Source: the human T2T-CHM13v2.0 reference genome, Homo sapiens
Assembly (NCBI RefSeq): GCF_009914755.1
Contig: NC_060926.1
Strand: one strand, 5' to 3'
DNA length: 64,000 bases
Shown here: one piece after another, positions 12,371 to 25,112 of the stretch
How positions within the stretch are numbered: the stretch's first letter is position 1
Layout: every line of letters starts with the position of its first letter
Translations under genes and position numbers: made by a program
The notes under the pieces: model-generated
The model's input: only the letters and a program-made list of their open reading frames with translations
Told to the model about the DNA's origin: nothing
Database searches by the model: none

Positions 12371-15151
12371 TAGCAACCCTCAAAATTCCAGTGAATGCTG
12401 CTTTTAGCAAGAATCAGTCGCAGACAAAAACACCTTGACCAAGTGCAAATGTCTTGATATGTGTTTATTTTAAGAAATGAAACGTCATTTTCCTATTATG
12501 TATGAACTCTGAGTGGTAAAAAAAAATAATTAAAACAATTTTTTTCTAAGTAGTTTGGTTTGAGAAGCTCTTTAGACTGATTCCCATAATTTCATGCATG
12601 TATAATGAATAGGATCATCACAGGAAACCAAGACAAACCTCTGTGGTGAAGATCTGACTTCTTTAATAAGGTGCTCCAAATGACTATTGTATAAGTCCTT
12701 GAGGAACAGTCATTTAAACCCTCAGGCCAGTTGGCATTAATCTTAGAGAACACAGAAGGAAAATATCTAAAAGACCCTTAACATGCCTGTAAACTTAAGA
12801 CAACCTAGACCAACTTTGATGTACCAATGAAGTTCAAAGGGCAAAATGTTCTCCAAGTGACAGTGAGAAGGAATGGTATTGAAAGTTTTGTGATGTGATT
12901 TTTTTTTTCTTTTTACTTAATGTTTGTTTCTTTGGACACTTTGAGTCTAATTAGGCATAAATTTGGTTTGTGGCCCCGGGATTCACTCTTCCTGTGGTGC
13001 GTCAGATCCTTCTTCTTTGTGCCCCAAACAGAAACTTGCACATTGGCTGGTTGTGACACTCACTACTTTCTACCATCAGTGTTGGCCTGTAATTGTGCAT
13101 TTTCTGTCTAGGCCTGGTCATTTTCATCTGTGTCTAGATTGGAAGCTGACATCTGGTTGGTTCTCAGTAAGTGTTTCTTAGAATAATTAATTGATAGAAT
13201 TAGTGGAATGAGGAGCTTGGATGTATGAAACTGAGCCATTAGTTTAAAATATAATTATTTACTCAGCATAAAAGGAGTTATTTGAACCTTGCTTCCAATC
13301 ACCTAGTAGCTCATGGAATTACTACAACCTATCATAACGCCTCTTTTTTTTTTTTTTCCTCAGAAGTGTATTCAAATGCTCTCAGGTGAATGAAATTATG
13401 GCTAGGCCTGAAAATACTTTCAGTCAAAAATATATATCTATTACTCTGGCTTTTGATAAGAAGTTAAAAACATACCAAAACAGAATACTGCAGTTGAAGT
13501 CACCGTAAACAGTTTAAGTAGGGAAATGCAGGATTTTGCATCAGAGCACAGCATTGCTACTTCATGGGCTAAAAATTGAAGAGCAATAGTGGCATATGAT
13601 GTATTAAAAAAGATTTAAAAATTGTATTTTTTTCCACTAAATGGTATAAATTAAGGTAAGCTGTCAAACTGACAGTACAATAATGCTGTCTTCACAGTAG
13701 CACATACTGTACCACAATGAAAATTGTATCAGTTTCATAGAAAAATTAGAGATGAGATCTGAGGAAAAATAGCTCAAAATGCTATTCTTTGCAATTTAGA
13801 ATCATCATTACTTGCTAGAATCCACTCCAAACATAACCACAAGAATAACCATAATAAATCATGATAATTTATATCACAGCTTATTTTGGGGAAGTAGAAT
13901 CAGATACACTTCATTCTGCTCAAACTATAATTATTTTCATTAAACTATAAAATTGCTTACAGCAGATTTACTCTAAACACATAAAATCATATCCTTAACA
14001 ATGAGCACAACTAGACCACAAGTGTTCAAAATAACTGAAGTCAAGTATAAAATAGCAGTCCTTGATTTATACTTTTTTAAATTACATATCTTTGTAGACA
14101 CAATCAATGTACTTTTGTGGGTTTATAATATATTCCTTTTTATTTTGTTGAAACATCCGACAGGCTTATTCAGGCTCTATCCTGTTGATTAAAAGGTAGT
14201 GTCAAAAGAAACTTGTGAAAATGATGTCAGGTGCCTATTAACACAAACTCCCAAGTAGTTGGTGTCTGTCAAGAGTAAAGATTATTCCACAAATGAGGGA
14301 TCTGGGAGAAAAGTTAATGGGTTTTGTGTTTTTTGAAATGGGAGGTGATAAGAAAGGTGGCTGAATAATCATAAAGAATAGAGGATACTTAAACTATTGA
14401 TCTGCAATGAGTGATATATTTCACACTACGTGGGAAAAAAGGTAGGATACTGAAAGCAGTCCATTTGAAATTGTATACTTTCCAATATTTTTGCTATTAC
14501 CAAACAAATGTTTAACAGATATCTCAATGTCTTTATTTTTTTGTTTACTTCTACCTTTGCCTATCCAAAAAATGTTTATCTTTGAATACTTGGTGCCACA
14601 CTAGGATATCCAAGAATTTCATTTAAGGAATGTAGAACTGGAATCCATGTATTATTTCAACACTTCAGGGGTCTTCACAAAGCTTGTGACTATTGACAAC
14701 ACCAAACATGTATCTGTTTTCCTAGTTGAATATGGTTTTATTGTCTTAAATGCAGATATGAGATTGTTTACAAATATAACAAATTATTTATTTAAATATT
14801 TGGAACATGAAAGAAGATTTTAATCTTGTAACGGTTATAGGTTTTAGTGAGATTCTTACTAATACTTTGATTAGTTACCTGTGTATACATCCTCCAGAAA
14901 TGTAGAGAACAAACTTTTAAAAAATTTTACTCAGATTTAATTATTTAGTTTGGCTGTATTTTAAAATTCATATTAATGTAGCAAATCTCCACTTATCTCG
15001 TTTCTATATAGATACTACCCAAATCCAAATCAGTGTAGCATTAGAAAAACCTATCATGATATAGTAATTAAGGAAATACTAGTCCAGTTTTTTTTTTTTT
15101 TAATTCAGGGCAAGAAGTGTCTCTCATATCCAAACACTGAACAAAAATCTT

Positions 15152-15460
15152 TTTTATTTTATTTATTTATTTATTTTTTGAGATGGAGTCTCGCACTGTC
15201 ACCCAGGCTGGTGTGCAGTGGCATGGTCTCGGCTAACTGCAACCTCCGCCTCCCGGGTACAAGCAATTCTCCTGCCTCAGCTTCCTGAGTAGCTGGCATT
15301 ACAGGTGCGTGCCACCACACCTGACTAATTTTTTGTATGTTTAGTAGAGACAGCGTTTCTCCATGTTGGCCAGGCTGGTCTCCAACTCCTGACCTCATGA
15401 TCCACCCGCCTCAGCCTCCCAAAGTGCTGGGATTACAGGCGTGAGCCACTGTGTCTGGCC
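15152..15460 (-). mobile_element. Alu (AluSg-like)
   Basis: Full reverse Alu with ctcctgacctcatgatcc (2-nt deletion form); TSD AAAAATCTT at 15143-15151 and 15461-15469. Confidence 0.96.
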
Positions 15461-17004
15461 AAAAATCTTAAGTTTACTCCGATTGAATCAAGCAAGACAC
15501 CTGCCCCCAGTAACAGGTCACTGGGAGCAGAGAAGTCTGCATCCTTGAATGGCTGAGATGGGTTCCAGTGACTTCTGAGCTCTACCTGTGGGAAGCAGGG
15601 AGAGTGGTTTCAGTTATACTACTGGGTTCAGGCTAATCAGGACCCACCGCTAGAATTGAGGTTTGGTATGCTGGCATCCAAATTGCATAACTGGAAAATT
15701 CTGAATCTTAGAAAACAAGACAGTTGTTGTTGTTTGATAATCTTAACACAGAGGCTATAAGCAAAAGCCTTTAATTATAACAGGAAAGCTAATCTACTCA
15801 TTTAAAGTGTTCAAAATTACCTGTGGTGTGTTTTTTGACTTGAGAAGAATGTAATAATTGATGGCAAGAAAAATGATGTTTCTTGGAGAAATGCTTATGT
15901 CAGTTGGCTATTTTTGCTGAGAATCCTACTCATTGCTTTGTACTTTGATATATATATTGATTCTCAATTTAAAAGAGTATCAGGCTTATTAGAATAATTT
16001 TAAACCATTCATGTTAAATTGGTTTGTTCCTTGGTCACAATGTGTCCCTTATTTGAAAGCTACGATTTCCAATGCATTCTTTCTAAGGAATGGACATCAA
16101 ATTCAGAAAAAAAAAAACTCTGTTAGTGCAACTCTAATGGATGCATAAAAATTAACATTAATGTAGCTTAAATATCAAGGGCACAGCAATTTTCTTCACT
16201 AATGGTGGTGATGAAATCTATGCAAGTTAAGTATGAATAAGAAACAGTAGTACATTTGTATACATTTGGTAAATTTTGGGGAGAATTTGATGATATATCT
16301 AGCCTTTTTTGACAGATATTGGCTATTTTGACATTTTAGATTATATTTTACATAATATAATAATTCCAGTTTATTTTATATTATTTAATATAATTTAATT
16401 TGGATTTGTATGACTTTAACGTGACTCATTGTGTATAATTCTATCTTGAAAGATACAAAAGGTCAGTCTGGATCATGAGTGACTTTCCAATCATACCCAT
16501 GAAATCAGTATCAGATTATAATGCTTAACATGTCTCAGATTAGCCAGATAAATTGATTTTCAGAAAGAACAATTGTGATATTTGAGTATTCTGATTACAA
16601 CTCTCACTTAAAAATTTAGAGATTTTTTAAAAAGGCATTACTACTCTATCCCTGTATGTGAGCTTCATTTGCTGGAGTGTAAAATTCAGAGAAATAACTA
16701 TTTGAATAAAATTTTGCTTTCTGCCCCTTCCCCCACTTATGTTATTCTCACTCTTAATAGAATAAAGGGAACAGTGCTGCATGGATATGACACAGGTATT
16801 AAATTCATCTGAGTCAGATGTTTTCAGGTATTTGGGTAAAATAGAATGTCTCAGTCTAAAATTTTGCCAGAAATGCATTATCATAAGAGTACAATAAATT
16901 CCCACTATAGATAGCAATGATATTGTAGGCCCTAGGAGTGACTATAGAGTGACTATAGAGACTAAGTCAATCAGTAGTATCTTTTTATGTAGTCACCTGG
17001 AGAT

Positions 17005-17515
17005 GTACATGAGTAAAACTCTTTCTGCAAGTGACAGAGTGGAATCCATTTACTCTCATAACCAAAAAGTCCGGAGTACATTTGGCTTCAAGTTTTATTT
17101 TGATCCGGGTGTTCAAACCAATTTCTAGGACCTACTATCTCTTAATCCCTTAGTTAGCCCTTGCTAGTCTCTGTGTTATGATTTCATGTACAGGTTCCAT
17201 TTTGCAGCAAGCTGGTGCTTCCAGCCATAATCTCACTACCTCACAATTCCGTGTTCTGTGAAAACAGCATCTCTTGTCTGAAAGTGCTTACAAGAGTACC
17301 AAGGCTGATTCACTCTGGTTGGACAAGCTTTAGTCATGTGTCCATCTCTGAACCAGTCACTGTGGCCATCGAATGAGTGCGTCAGTCACTTAGTGCTTGG
17401 TCGCATGCCCATCACATGGTCCTAGCAAGAGCTTCACTCAGATCACATCAAGCTCGGTGTCCCTAAGAGAAAACAGAGCATGTTGCTGGAAGAAAAAAAA
17501 GGAAATGCTTAGGAA
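17005..17515 (-). mobile_element. Old MLT1 solo LTR (MLT1K/J/L-like, ERVL-MaLR)
   Basis: tgcaagtgacaga near the start and gtcatgtgtccatctctgaaccagtcactgtggcca...ggtcgcatgccca are typical of reverse MLT1K. Confidence 0.7.
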
Positions 17516-17964
17516 GGGAATGTTTGCTATGGGAGTCTATTTAGGCATTATGGGATGTTAACTCAAGATGTTTTGGGAACTGTTGCCTTAGTATGGAAAG
17601 CTTATGACTCACTCCCCACAAAATAGTCTAATTATTTTATATCTCCAGTAAACTTTTTATTGGATATGGTTTTACAAAATTTACTTAGCCATCTTACTTA
17701 GCCCTGCAATAACTGACTTTTGACTGGTTCCAAAACAGAAATTGTCTTCATAGGAAAAGGATTTGCTCTTGTTGTGAATATTTCAAAGAGTGCTCTAGAT
17801 ATGCTCATGTAAATTCCAGAACCTCAGGTCTAAAAATATTCTGGAAAAATACCCGATCATTGGCATAAATGTGTAATATCCTAAGATGACTGATTTGAAA
17901 GAGTGTACACTCATTTGGGTGTATAAATTCTGGTTTATTTGTGCACAAAACATCCCTCTACAGG

Positions 17965-18180
17965 AAGGTAATTATGATCGTAAGCTTTGGAGCTTGACTA
18001 CCTGGGCTTGAATCTCAGGTAGTCACCATGCTACCTTGAAAAAGTTATTTAAGTCTTTTCTGTCTCAGAAACTTAATATGTAAAATTATAATGATGGTTG
18101 TAATAGTACCTATTTCATTGGATTGAGATGCAAGTGTATTAATATACATTTCCTAATAAATGATAGTTCTTATTAATATT
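17965..18180 (+). mobile_element. MIR
   Basis: gctttggagcttgactacctgggcttgaatc...accttgaaaaagttatttaa...atgtaaaat...aatagtacctatttca. Confidence 0.75.
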
Positions 18181-18499
18181 ATTTAAAAATGCATCTAAAA
18201 TTACTATTTTATATGTGAGGAAATAAGTACACTATAAGTCAGCTTGAGAGAACTATCAAGCCTATGGTTAATCAAAAGTACGAAATATGATATAGGTACA
18301 GGTAGCACGGAAACAAATGGAGAGCCAGGGAAACTAGGTTTTGACCCTGATTTTTCCCCAAGTAATGATAATCATGGGCATATATACATCTGTGGGCCTT
18401 TTATAGCAATGAAATTAAATAATTCTATAGGTAAACATGAAATCCACAATCAAAGAGTAATCAGAATTGGCTTGGAGTTAATTATGTCTTGCTTAATTA

Positions 18500-18596
18500 A
18501 TACTTCAAAACTATGTTGCAAATATATGTCTACTAGGATAGCAATATATGTCTACTGGGATAGTAGACATATATTTGCAACACAGTTTCGAAGTAT
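18500..18596. repeat. Inverted repeat with 36-bp arms (2 mismatches) and a 25-nt spacer containing a tandem duplication
   Basis: 18500-18535 is the reverse complement of 18561-18596 except at 18583 and 18589. Confidence 0.95.
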
Positions 18597-18629
18597 ATTA
18601 GAGGACAAGATTAGCGGAGAAAAAAGAAA

Positions 18630-18900
18630 ATAATAAGAGGCCTTATTTGGGTGAGGGTAAGTAGAGGACTGCAGCCGTTGAAGCATAGAGGTAGAGCTTA
18701 TCAAACAATTTGGAAGGACTATAATTTGCTTTGGTTAGTGTGTAGGAGCACATGGGTGAAATAATAATAGTTAAATACACAGAGGCAAGAAGCAGTCATT
18801 TAATACACAGTATTTAGGGCTAAGCTTAAGTTTTTTAAGCATTAAGAAGTTATCTTAAATTCCTGAGTAGGGAAGCATGTGGTATTTGAGAAAATGACAA
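18630..18900 (-). mobile_element. Degenerate L2 fragment
   Basis: Purine-rich, reverse L2-like text ending tgagtagggaagcatgtggtatttgagaaaatgac. Confidence 0.4.
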
Positions 18901-19813
18901 ACATTTTGAAACAAGGCCTAGTGCAGCAAGTTACACATAGTAGTATTTCAAGAAATGTGTGTTGCTTTGAAATTCACTGACAGCTTAAAAATAGACACTT
19001 CTGGTTGGAGCACTAAGCTACATGGTCCTCATGGTGTTCTCTTTATAAACCATTTTATTTTAATCATACGAATCTGCAAAAGTTGTCCATCTCCCATACT
19101 TGAACTGAATCCTAGGAGGCACATGTACTTCTCTTAAAGTGTTATCAACTTATTCTCTTTTAGAAGATGTTGTCTTCTATTGGAGAAGGACAGACTTAGA
19201 CACAATTTAATTACCAATAGGCCCTAGCATAATAAGATAGCTCAGTAAATATCCAGGGAATTAAGGGGACCCTTTATTATACTATGCTCTCATCTATAGG
19301 ATTCACAAGAAATGAGGTTACTTCTAGCTGAACAGAGGTTTTCCCTGGATATTAACATTTTTCTTTCAGAATCCTTTTTGTTTGTTTTCTTTTAATCTCT
19401 TCTCAAGGAAGTAGGTGCCCATTACTTATTCCAATGCAAATTCCTCTATTCGATTTGTTCCCGTCTATAACAAGTGAGATCTATGAACTTAAGAGTCCAA
19501 CTTCTGCTGTGCCTCTCCACCAGTCTCTTAAAGAAAGATCACCTTCCTTAAAGAAAACCAACATTTCTATCAGACAGTAATTGATATTAAGACATGATGG
19601 TAATTCCAGTTAAGACGTTAATTGTATAAGATGTATAACTGAAAATTCAGGCAAATTGCAGCATGTTTTTAAGTAGTCAGTAGAATATAAAAGAGGAAAT
19701 CTAATTCCTGTGAGCAGCACAGGACAGTAGGTAGTGGAGAGAAGTTTAAGAAACACAGAAAATACTAACTGTAGTGCACTACTTCGCTCTATAGTGTAAA
19801 ATATTTATATACT

Positions 19814-20192
19814 CGTATTAGTAAGGAGGTAGGTGATGCTATAGTAACAAATACACCCCAAATTTCAGAGGGTGGAAAGAAGTTTTCTTTCTCACTCACA
19901 CTGAATATGATTTCCAAAGTTGATGGAGCCTCAGCTCTGTGTGGTCCTCACTCTGGTGGCCCAGATAAGAGAGAACAGCCATTCTCTGAAACAGTCTTGT
20001 TAGGGAGAAATATGGAGAACACATTACTTATCTTGCTCTGGCTCTTAAAGCTTCCACATGTTACTTCCATTCTCATTTTGTAATTCAAAGAAATTGACAT
20101 GGCCATGTCAATTCCAAGGTGGGAGAGAAATGCAACTTTACTTTCTGCCTAGAAAGGCACTGCAAGTATTTGGTGAAAAACAACAATGTAAC
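19814..20192 (-). mobile_element. MLT1I/J2-like solo LTR
   Basis: atgctatagtaacaaatacaccccaaatttcag...ttctcactcaca...ctctggctcttaaagcttcc...atttggtgaa. Confidence 0.75.
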
Positions 20193-20678
20193 AAGTTCAT
20201 AAAAAAGCAAAATAATTTTCAAAACTTTTTTAAAATTACTTTTCAGCTTTAAGAATCGACTTATAAGTAAAGCATGGAAGACAATTTTGGAATGTAAATG
20301 TTAGCATTGCCAAAAATGCTAAATCAAAAAACCTTTGTTTCTATCCCATAGCCTCTTAAATAAGATTCCATTTCCATAGAAACTGGCACCTCCCTACAGC
20401 CTTTTTGTCACTACCCTCCTATACAAATATTATCGTAAAATGGTGCTGAATGGAACTTCTCTCAACGCTTCAGAATTTTGACTGAAGATCCAAAGCTGAG
20501 GGGAACAGGCAACAGGTGGCTTATATTCCATAAAAAGACATGCTCCCCCACCTCATCCAGCTGATGTAAGCAGAAAACTAGAACATATTTGAATGCATTG
20601 AATGAGTGAGCTGCAGGCATAGAGGGAGAGTGTTTTGCATTCTTTCTTCTCTCTCCTTTCAAGCCTACCAAGAAGGAC

Positions 20679-21572
20679 TGTCAGAGAATTATTCATATAC
20701 ATTGGAGTATGTATTGAAAAGGAAGACTGGCATCTTCCTATACTGAGGAAATCTTACTGAGCCATAGGAGTTCATTAGCCCCATGCTGGTCCAGACAGCA
20801 GAGTAGAAGAAGACAGGACAGCTCTAGGGAGAGTTTCACATATATCTCAAGGAGTTCGTTTGGAGTTATGCAAACATGGGGACTGGTCCCTCTTCTCTCT
20901 GAGTGAGAAATAGCTGGAGCATCTGCGACACAGAGCAAGATGACACAGTAGTAGTGGCACAGCCTACAACATCCACATTTTGTATGACAAAGATATGTGA
21001 GTGTTTTGTGGATCAAATGGAAGCCTTGGAAGCCTCCCGTGTCATGGGAACTGCACCCCTAAGAAACTGTTGAGTAGTCAGCCAGGGGTGGGAGATGAGA
21101 GAGAGGAGAGGTCAGCTGTAGAAGGCACCATCCATCTCAGAAAGCCTCCGGGAGATGGGGGCCTCTGAGGAGCCCATAAAAAGTGCAGAATCAGCATTTG
21201 GATGACTGCCACACAGACTTTCACCCCACCCCAGCCCCTTTGAGAGCCCAAAAATGCTGAGACCCAAGGGAAACCCAGAATAGCAGAAAGAAAGGCAGAG
21301 AGGGAGTGACAGGGCAAAAGAAAGAAAAAGGAATAAGTAAAGCAAAGCATGCCTCACTTCCACATTGCAGGACCCAAGCCACAAGCCAAGGTTCAGATGG
21401 AAAAAGAGGAGATACTTTAATTTTCATGTGAAATTAATGTTTTGTTCTAGACTAGATTTTAAATGCTGAGGATAAAAAAATCTGTGGAATTTGTCTTCAA
21501 AGAACAGGGAAAGGAAGAATTGCAGAGTACATTAGATGAGCCAATTAATGCAACAAAATAAAGAATGTTCAC
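20679..21572 (+). mobile_element. Possible ancient LTR (MamGypLTR/LTR85-like)
   Basis: GC/purine-richer block starting TGT and ending after AATAAA (21557-21562); resemblance is by recall only. Confidence 0.35.
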
Positions 21573-22019
21573 GTTGGGACCATTCCTAAATACATTTGTC
21601 TATTTCTCATGTCCTTCTTTCTCCTACAATGTTTGAAGAATATGGATCTGGGCAGAGGGGCTGAGCAACATGGGCCTGACATGAATGGCACTGAGCTGAC
21701 CTTCAGGCAAGGAGCCCAGACTCCAGGTGATCTAATAGACTATTTTCGTGGATGGAACCAAAATTGAAAGCCTGGCAAGCAGTCTAATGGAAGCGTCAAT
21801 CCAAAGGAGACAGAGACAGAGTCTAACTGGAGGGCACAGGATAAGAAATGGGAACATTGATCTGGCAGAAATTCAGAGAGAAGACATGAGATAGGTCATG
21901 GAGATATTTCTGGTTATTGGAGCGCTGTTTCAGGCACATTTTACACTGAGTCCAACTGGCTTTACTGTTCTGAACCATGTTAGATACCACCTAGAAAACC
22001 TTCTTTCTATTTCTGGCAT

Positions 22020-22265
22020 TGAAATTCTACCCATTCTGCTAGGATACCTATAAAGCCACCATCTTCACAAGATATGCTTACCTGCCCTTTCTGTACTACC
22101 TAGCTGGAAATCATCTCCCTGCCCCTAGATTCCAATATAATGGTGATATTTTCTCTTACATATAATTGTGTCCCTATGTCCACCAATACTGGATGTGAAA
22201 ATCAGGCAAGATATCAGTTATTTATACACAGGACATATTTAGGAAGTATTTGTTAGATGAATGTT
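22020..22265 (+). mobile_element. L2 3' fragment
   Basis: aaattctacccattc...tatttgttagatgaatg tail. Confidence 0.5.
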
Positions 22266-22306
22266 GCTGTGAAAATAAATTCACAACTTAAAATAAATTT
22301 GAGTCT

Positions 22307-24611
22307 TAATAAGGTTTGGCTGTGTCCCCACTAAAATCTTATCTTGAATTGTAGTTCCCATAATCCCCATGTGTCAAGGGCAGGACTAGGTGGAGATAAC
22401 TGAATCATTGTGGTGGTTATCTCCATGCTGTTCTCATGATAGTGAGTGAGTTCTCAGGGGATCTGATGGATTTATAAAGGGCTTTTCCCCTTTTGCTCAT
22501 TCTTCTCCTTCCTGCTGCCATGTGAAGAAAGACATGTTTGCTTCCCCTTCTGGGATGTTTTTAAGTTTCCTGAACCTGCCCCAGCCAGGCTGAACTGTGA
22601 GTCAATTAAATCTCTTTCCTTTACAAATTACCCAGTCTCAGTATGTCTTTATTAGCAGCGTGAGAACAGACAAATTCAGTAAATTGGTACCAGATAGTGG
22701 GGTGCTGCTGTAAAGATACCCTAGAGTGTGGAAGCAACTTTGGAACTGGGAAATAGGCAGAAGTTGAAACAGCTTGGAAGGCTCAGAAGAAGATAGGAAA
22801 CGTGGGAAAGTTTGAAACTTCCTAGAGACTTGGAGGGTTCAGAGACAGGAAGATGTAAGAAAATTTGGAACTTCCCAAAGACTTGTTAAATGGCTTTGAC
22901 CAAAATGCTAATAGTGATAGGGACAATAAAGTCCAGGCTGAGGTGGCCTCAGATGGAGAAAAGGAACTTTTTGGGAACCGGAATAAAGGTCACTCTTGCT
23001 ATACAGAGACTGGTGGCATTTTGCCCCTGCCCTAGAGATATGTGGAACTTTGTACTTTAGAGAGATGATTTAGGTTACCTGGTAGAAGACATTTCTAAGT
23101 GGAAAAGCATTCAAGAGGAAGCAGAGCATAAAAGTTTGGAAAATTTGCAGCCTGATCATGTGATAGAAAAGAAATTCACATTTTCTGGGAGAAATTCAAG
23201 CCTGCTGCAGCAATTTGCATAAGTAACAAGGAGCCAAATGTTAATCACAAAGACAATGAGGGGAGTGTCTCCAGGGCACGTCAGAGGCTTTCACGGCAGC
23301 CCCTCCCATCACAGGCCTGGAGGCCCAGGAAGCAAAAATGGTTTTCTGAGCTGGGCTGAGGGCCCCCCTGCTCTACATAGCCTTTGGAGCATCCCAGCTG
23401 CTTCAGCTCCAGCTGTGGCTAAAAGGGGCCAATATACAGCTCAGGCCATTGCTTCAGAGAGAACAAGCCCCAAGTCTTGGCGGCTTTCATGTGGTATTGA
23501 AGTTAAGAATTGATGTTTGGAAACCTTCGCCTAGATTTTAGAGGATGTATGGAAATGTCTGGATGTCCAGACAGAAGTATGCTTTAGGGGCAGACCCTTC
23601 ATGGATAACCTCTGCTAGGGCAGTGCAGAAGGGAAATGTGGGGACAGACCTCCACACAGAGCCCCCCTGGGACACTGCTTAGAGAAGCTGTGAGAAGAGG
23701 GCCACTGTCCTCCAGACCCCAGAATGGTAGATCCACCGATAGTTTGCTCCATGCACCTGGGAAAGCCATACACACTCAATGCCAGCCCACAAAAGCAGCT
23801 GGGACGGGGTCTGTACCCTGAAAAGCCACAGCCACAGGGGCTGAGCTGGCCAATGCTGTGGGTGCCCACTTCTTACAGCAACATAACCTGGATGTGAGAC
23901 ATGGAGTCAAGGAATATTATTTTGCAGCTTTAAGATTACTGCCTTGTTGCATTTCTTGCATGGGGCCTGTAGCCTCCCTTTTTTGGCCAATTTCTCCCAT
24001 TTAAAACAGGTGTATTTACCCCGTGCCTGTACTCCCATTGTATCTAGGATGTAACCAACTTGCTTTTGATTTTACAGGCTCATAGGCAAAAGGGACTTGC
24101 CTTGTCTTAGATGAGACTTTGGACTTGGACTTTGAGTTAATGCTGGAATGAATTAAGACTTTGGAGGACGTTGGAAAGGCATGATTATGTTTTGAAATGT
24201 GAGGACATGAGATTTGGGAGGGGCCGGGGTGGAATGATATGGTTAGCCTTTGTGTCCCCACCCAAATCTCAACTTGAATTGTAGTTCCCATAATCCCCAT
24301 GTGTCATGGATGAGACCTGGTGGGAGGTAATTGAGTCATGTGGGTGGTTACCTCCATGCTGTTCTCATGATAGTGAGTGAGTTCTTAGGCAATCTGATGG
24401 TTTTATAAGGGGCTTTTCCCCCTTTTACTCATTCTTCTCCTTCCTGCTACCATGTGAAGAAAGACATGTTTGCTTCCCCTTCTGCCATAATTGTAAGTTT
24501 TCTGAGGCCTTCCCAGCCATGCTGGACTGTGAGTCAATTAAATCCCTTTCCTTTATAAATTACTCAGTCTCAGTTATGTCTTTGTTAGCAGCAAAAGAAA
24601 GGACTAATACA
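22307..24611 (+). mobile_element. Full-length THE1 (THE1C-like) ERVL-MaLR provirus: 5' LTR 22307-22678, internal 22679-24234, 3' LTR 24235-24611
   Basis: LTRs TGATATGGTT...CTAATACA (5' copy degenerate); internal region starts GTAAATTGGTACC and ends in a polypurine tract; 5-bp TSD AGTCT/AGCCT. Confidence 0.96.
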
Positions 24612-25009
24612 AGCCTGATTTTTAAGTTGCAAAGGAAGTTGCAGATGAAGTCAACATCAATAAGTGGTATTTTTTAAGCAATCACATTTACATATTGATG
24701 TGATAAGCAGCATGCCAAATCAATTAAATAAATTGATCTCTACTTTCTGAGACAAACTTACAACCTTATGATTTTGTGACATCTACAAAAGTCTTGACTA
24801 GAAAGACGTGGAATTCTGTGAAGCCAAAAAAATAGTTTACAAGAGGAGCAGAATATTTGATGTGTCCAACAGTTAGGGGAAGATAAGATGATGGGTAGTA
24901 ATAAAATAATTGATGGGATTATACATAAAAAATTATCATTTTTTCTTTTGGAACTACCACAAAACAGATAGTATTGAACTTGCAGGTAGAAGACATACTA
25001 GTCTTTTTC

Positions 25010-25112
25010 ATGTTCTAATCTTATGAGTGTTGAATTTAGGCAAGTCCGTAACTTCTTTGAGTTTTCTTTTTTTCCTGGAAAATGAAAGTATTGAACTAGA
25101 TGAGTGGGCTTC
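25010..25112 (+). mobile_element. MIR (MIRc/MIR3-like) fragment
   Basis: aggcaagtccgtaacttctttgagttttc...aaaatgaaagtattgaactagatg. Confidence 0.55.

Noticed and set aside
20092-20113. p53 response element in the CATG-containing palindrome
   Set aside because: The two CATG cores are 2 nt apart rather than the 6 nt needed for tandem RRRCWWGYYY half-sites.
22777-22890. Tandem duplication of ~55 bp near the start of the THE1 internal region
   Set aside because: As I recall this is a shared feature of THE1C/D internal variants, not locus-specific.
22307-24611. Differences between the two LTRs of the + strand THE1
   Set aside because: The LTRs share private features (ctcattcttctcc, aagaaagacatg) and the TSD is retained; divergence looks compatible with age.
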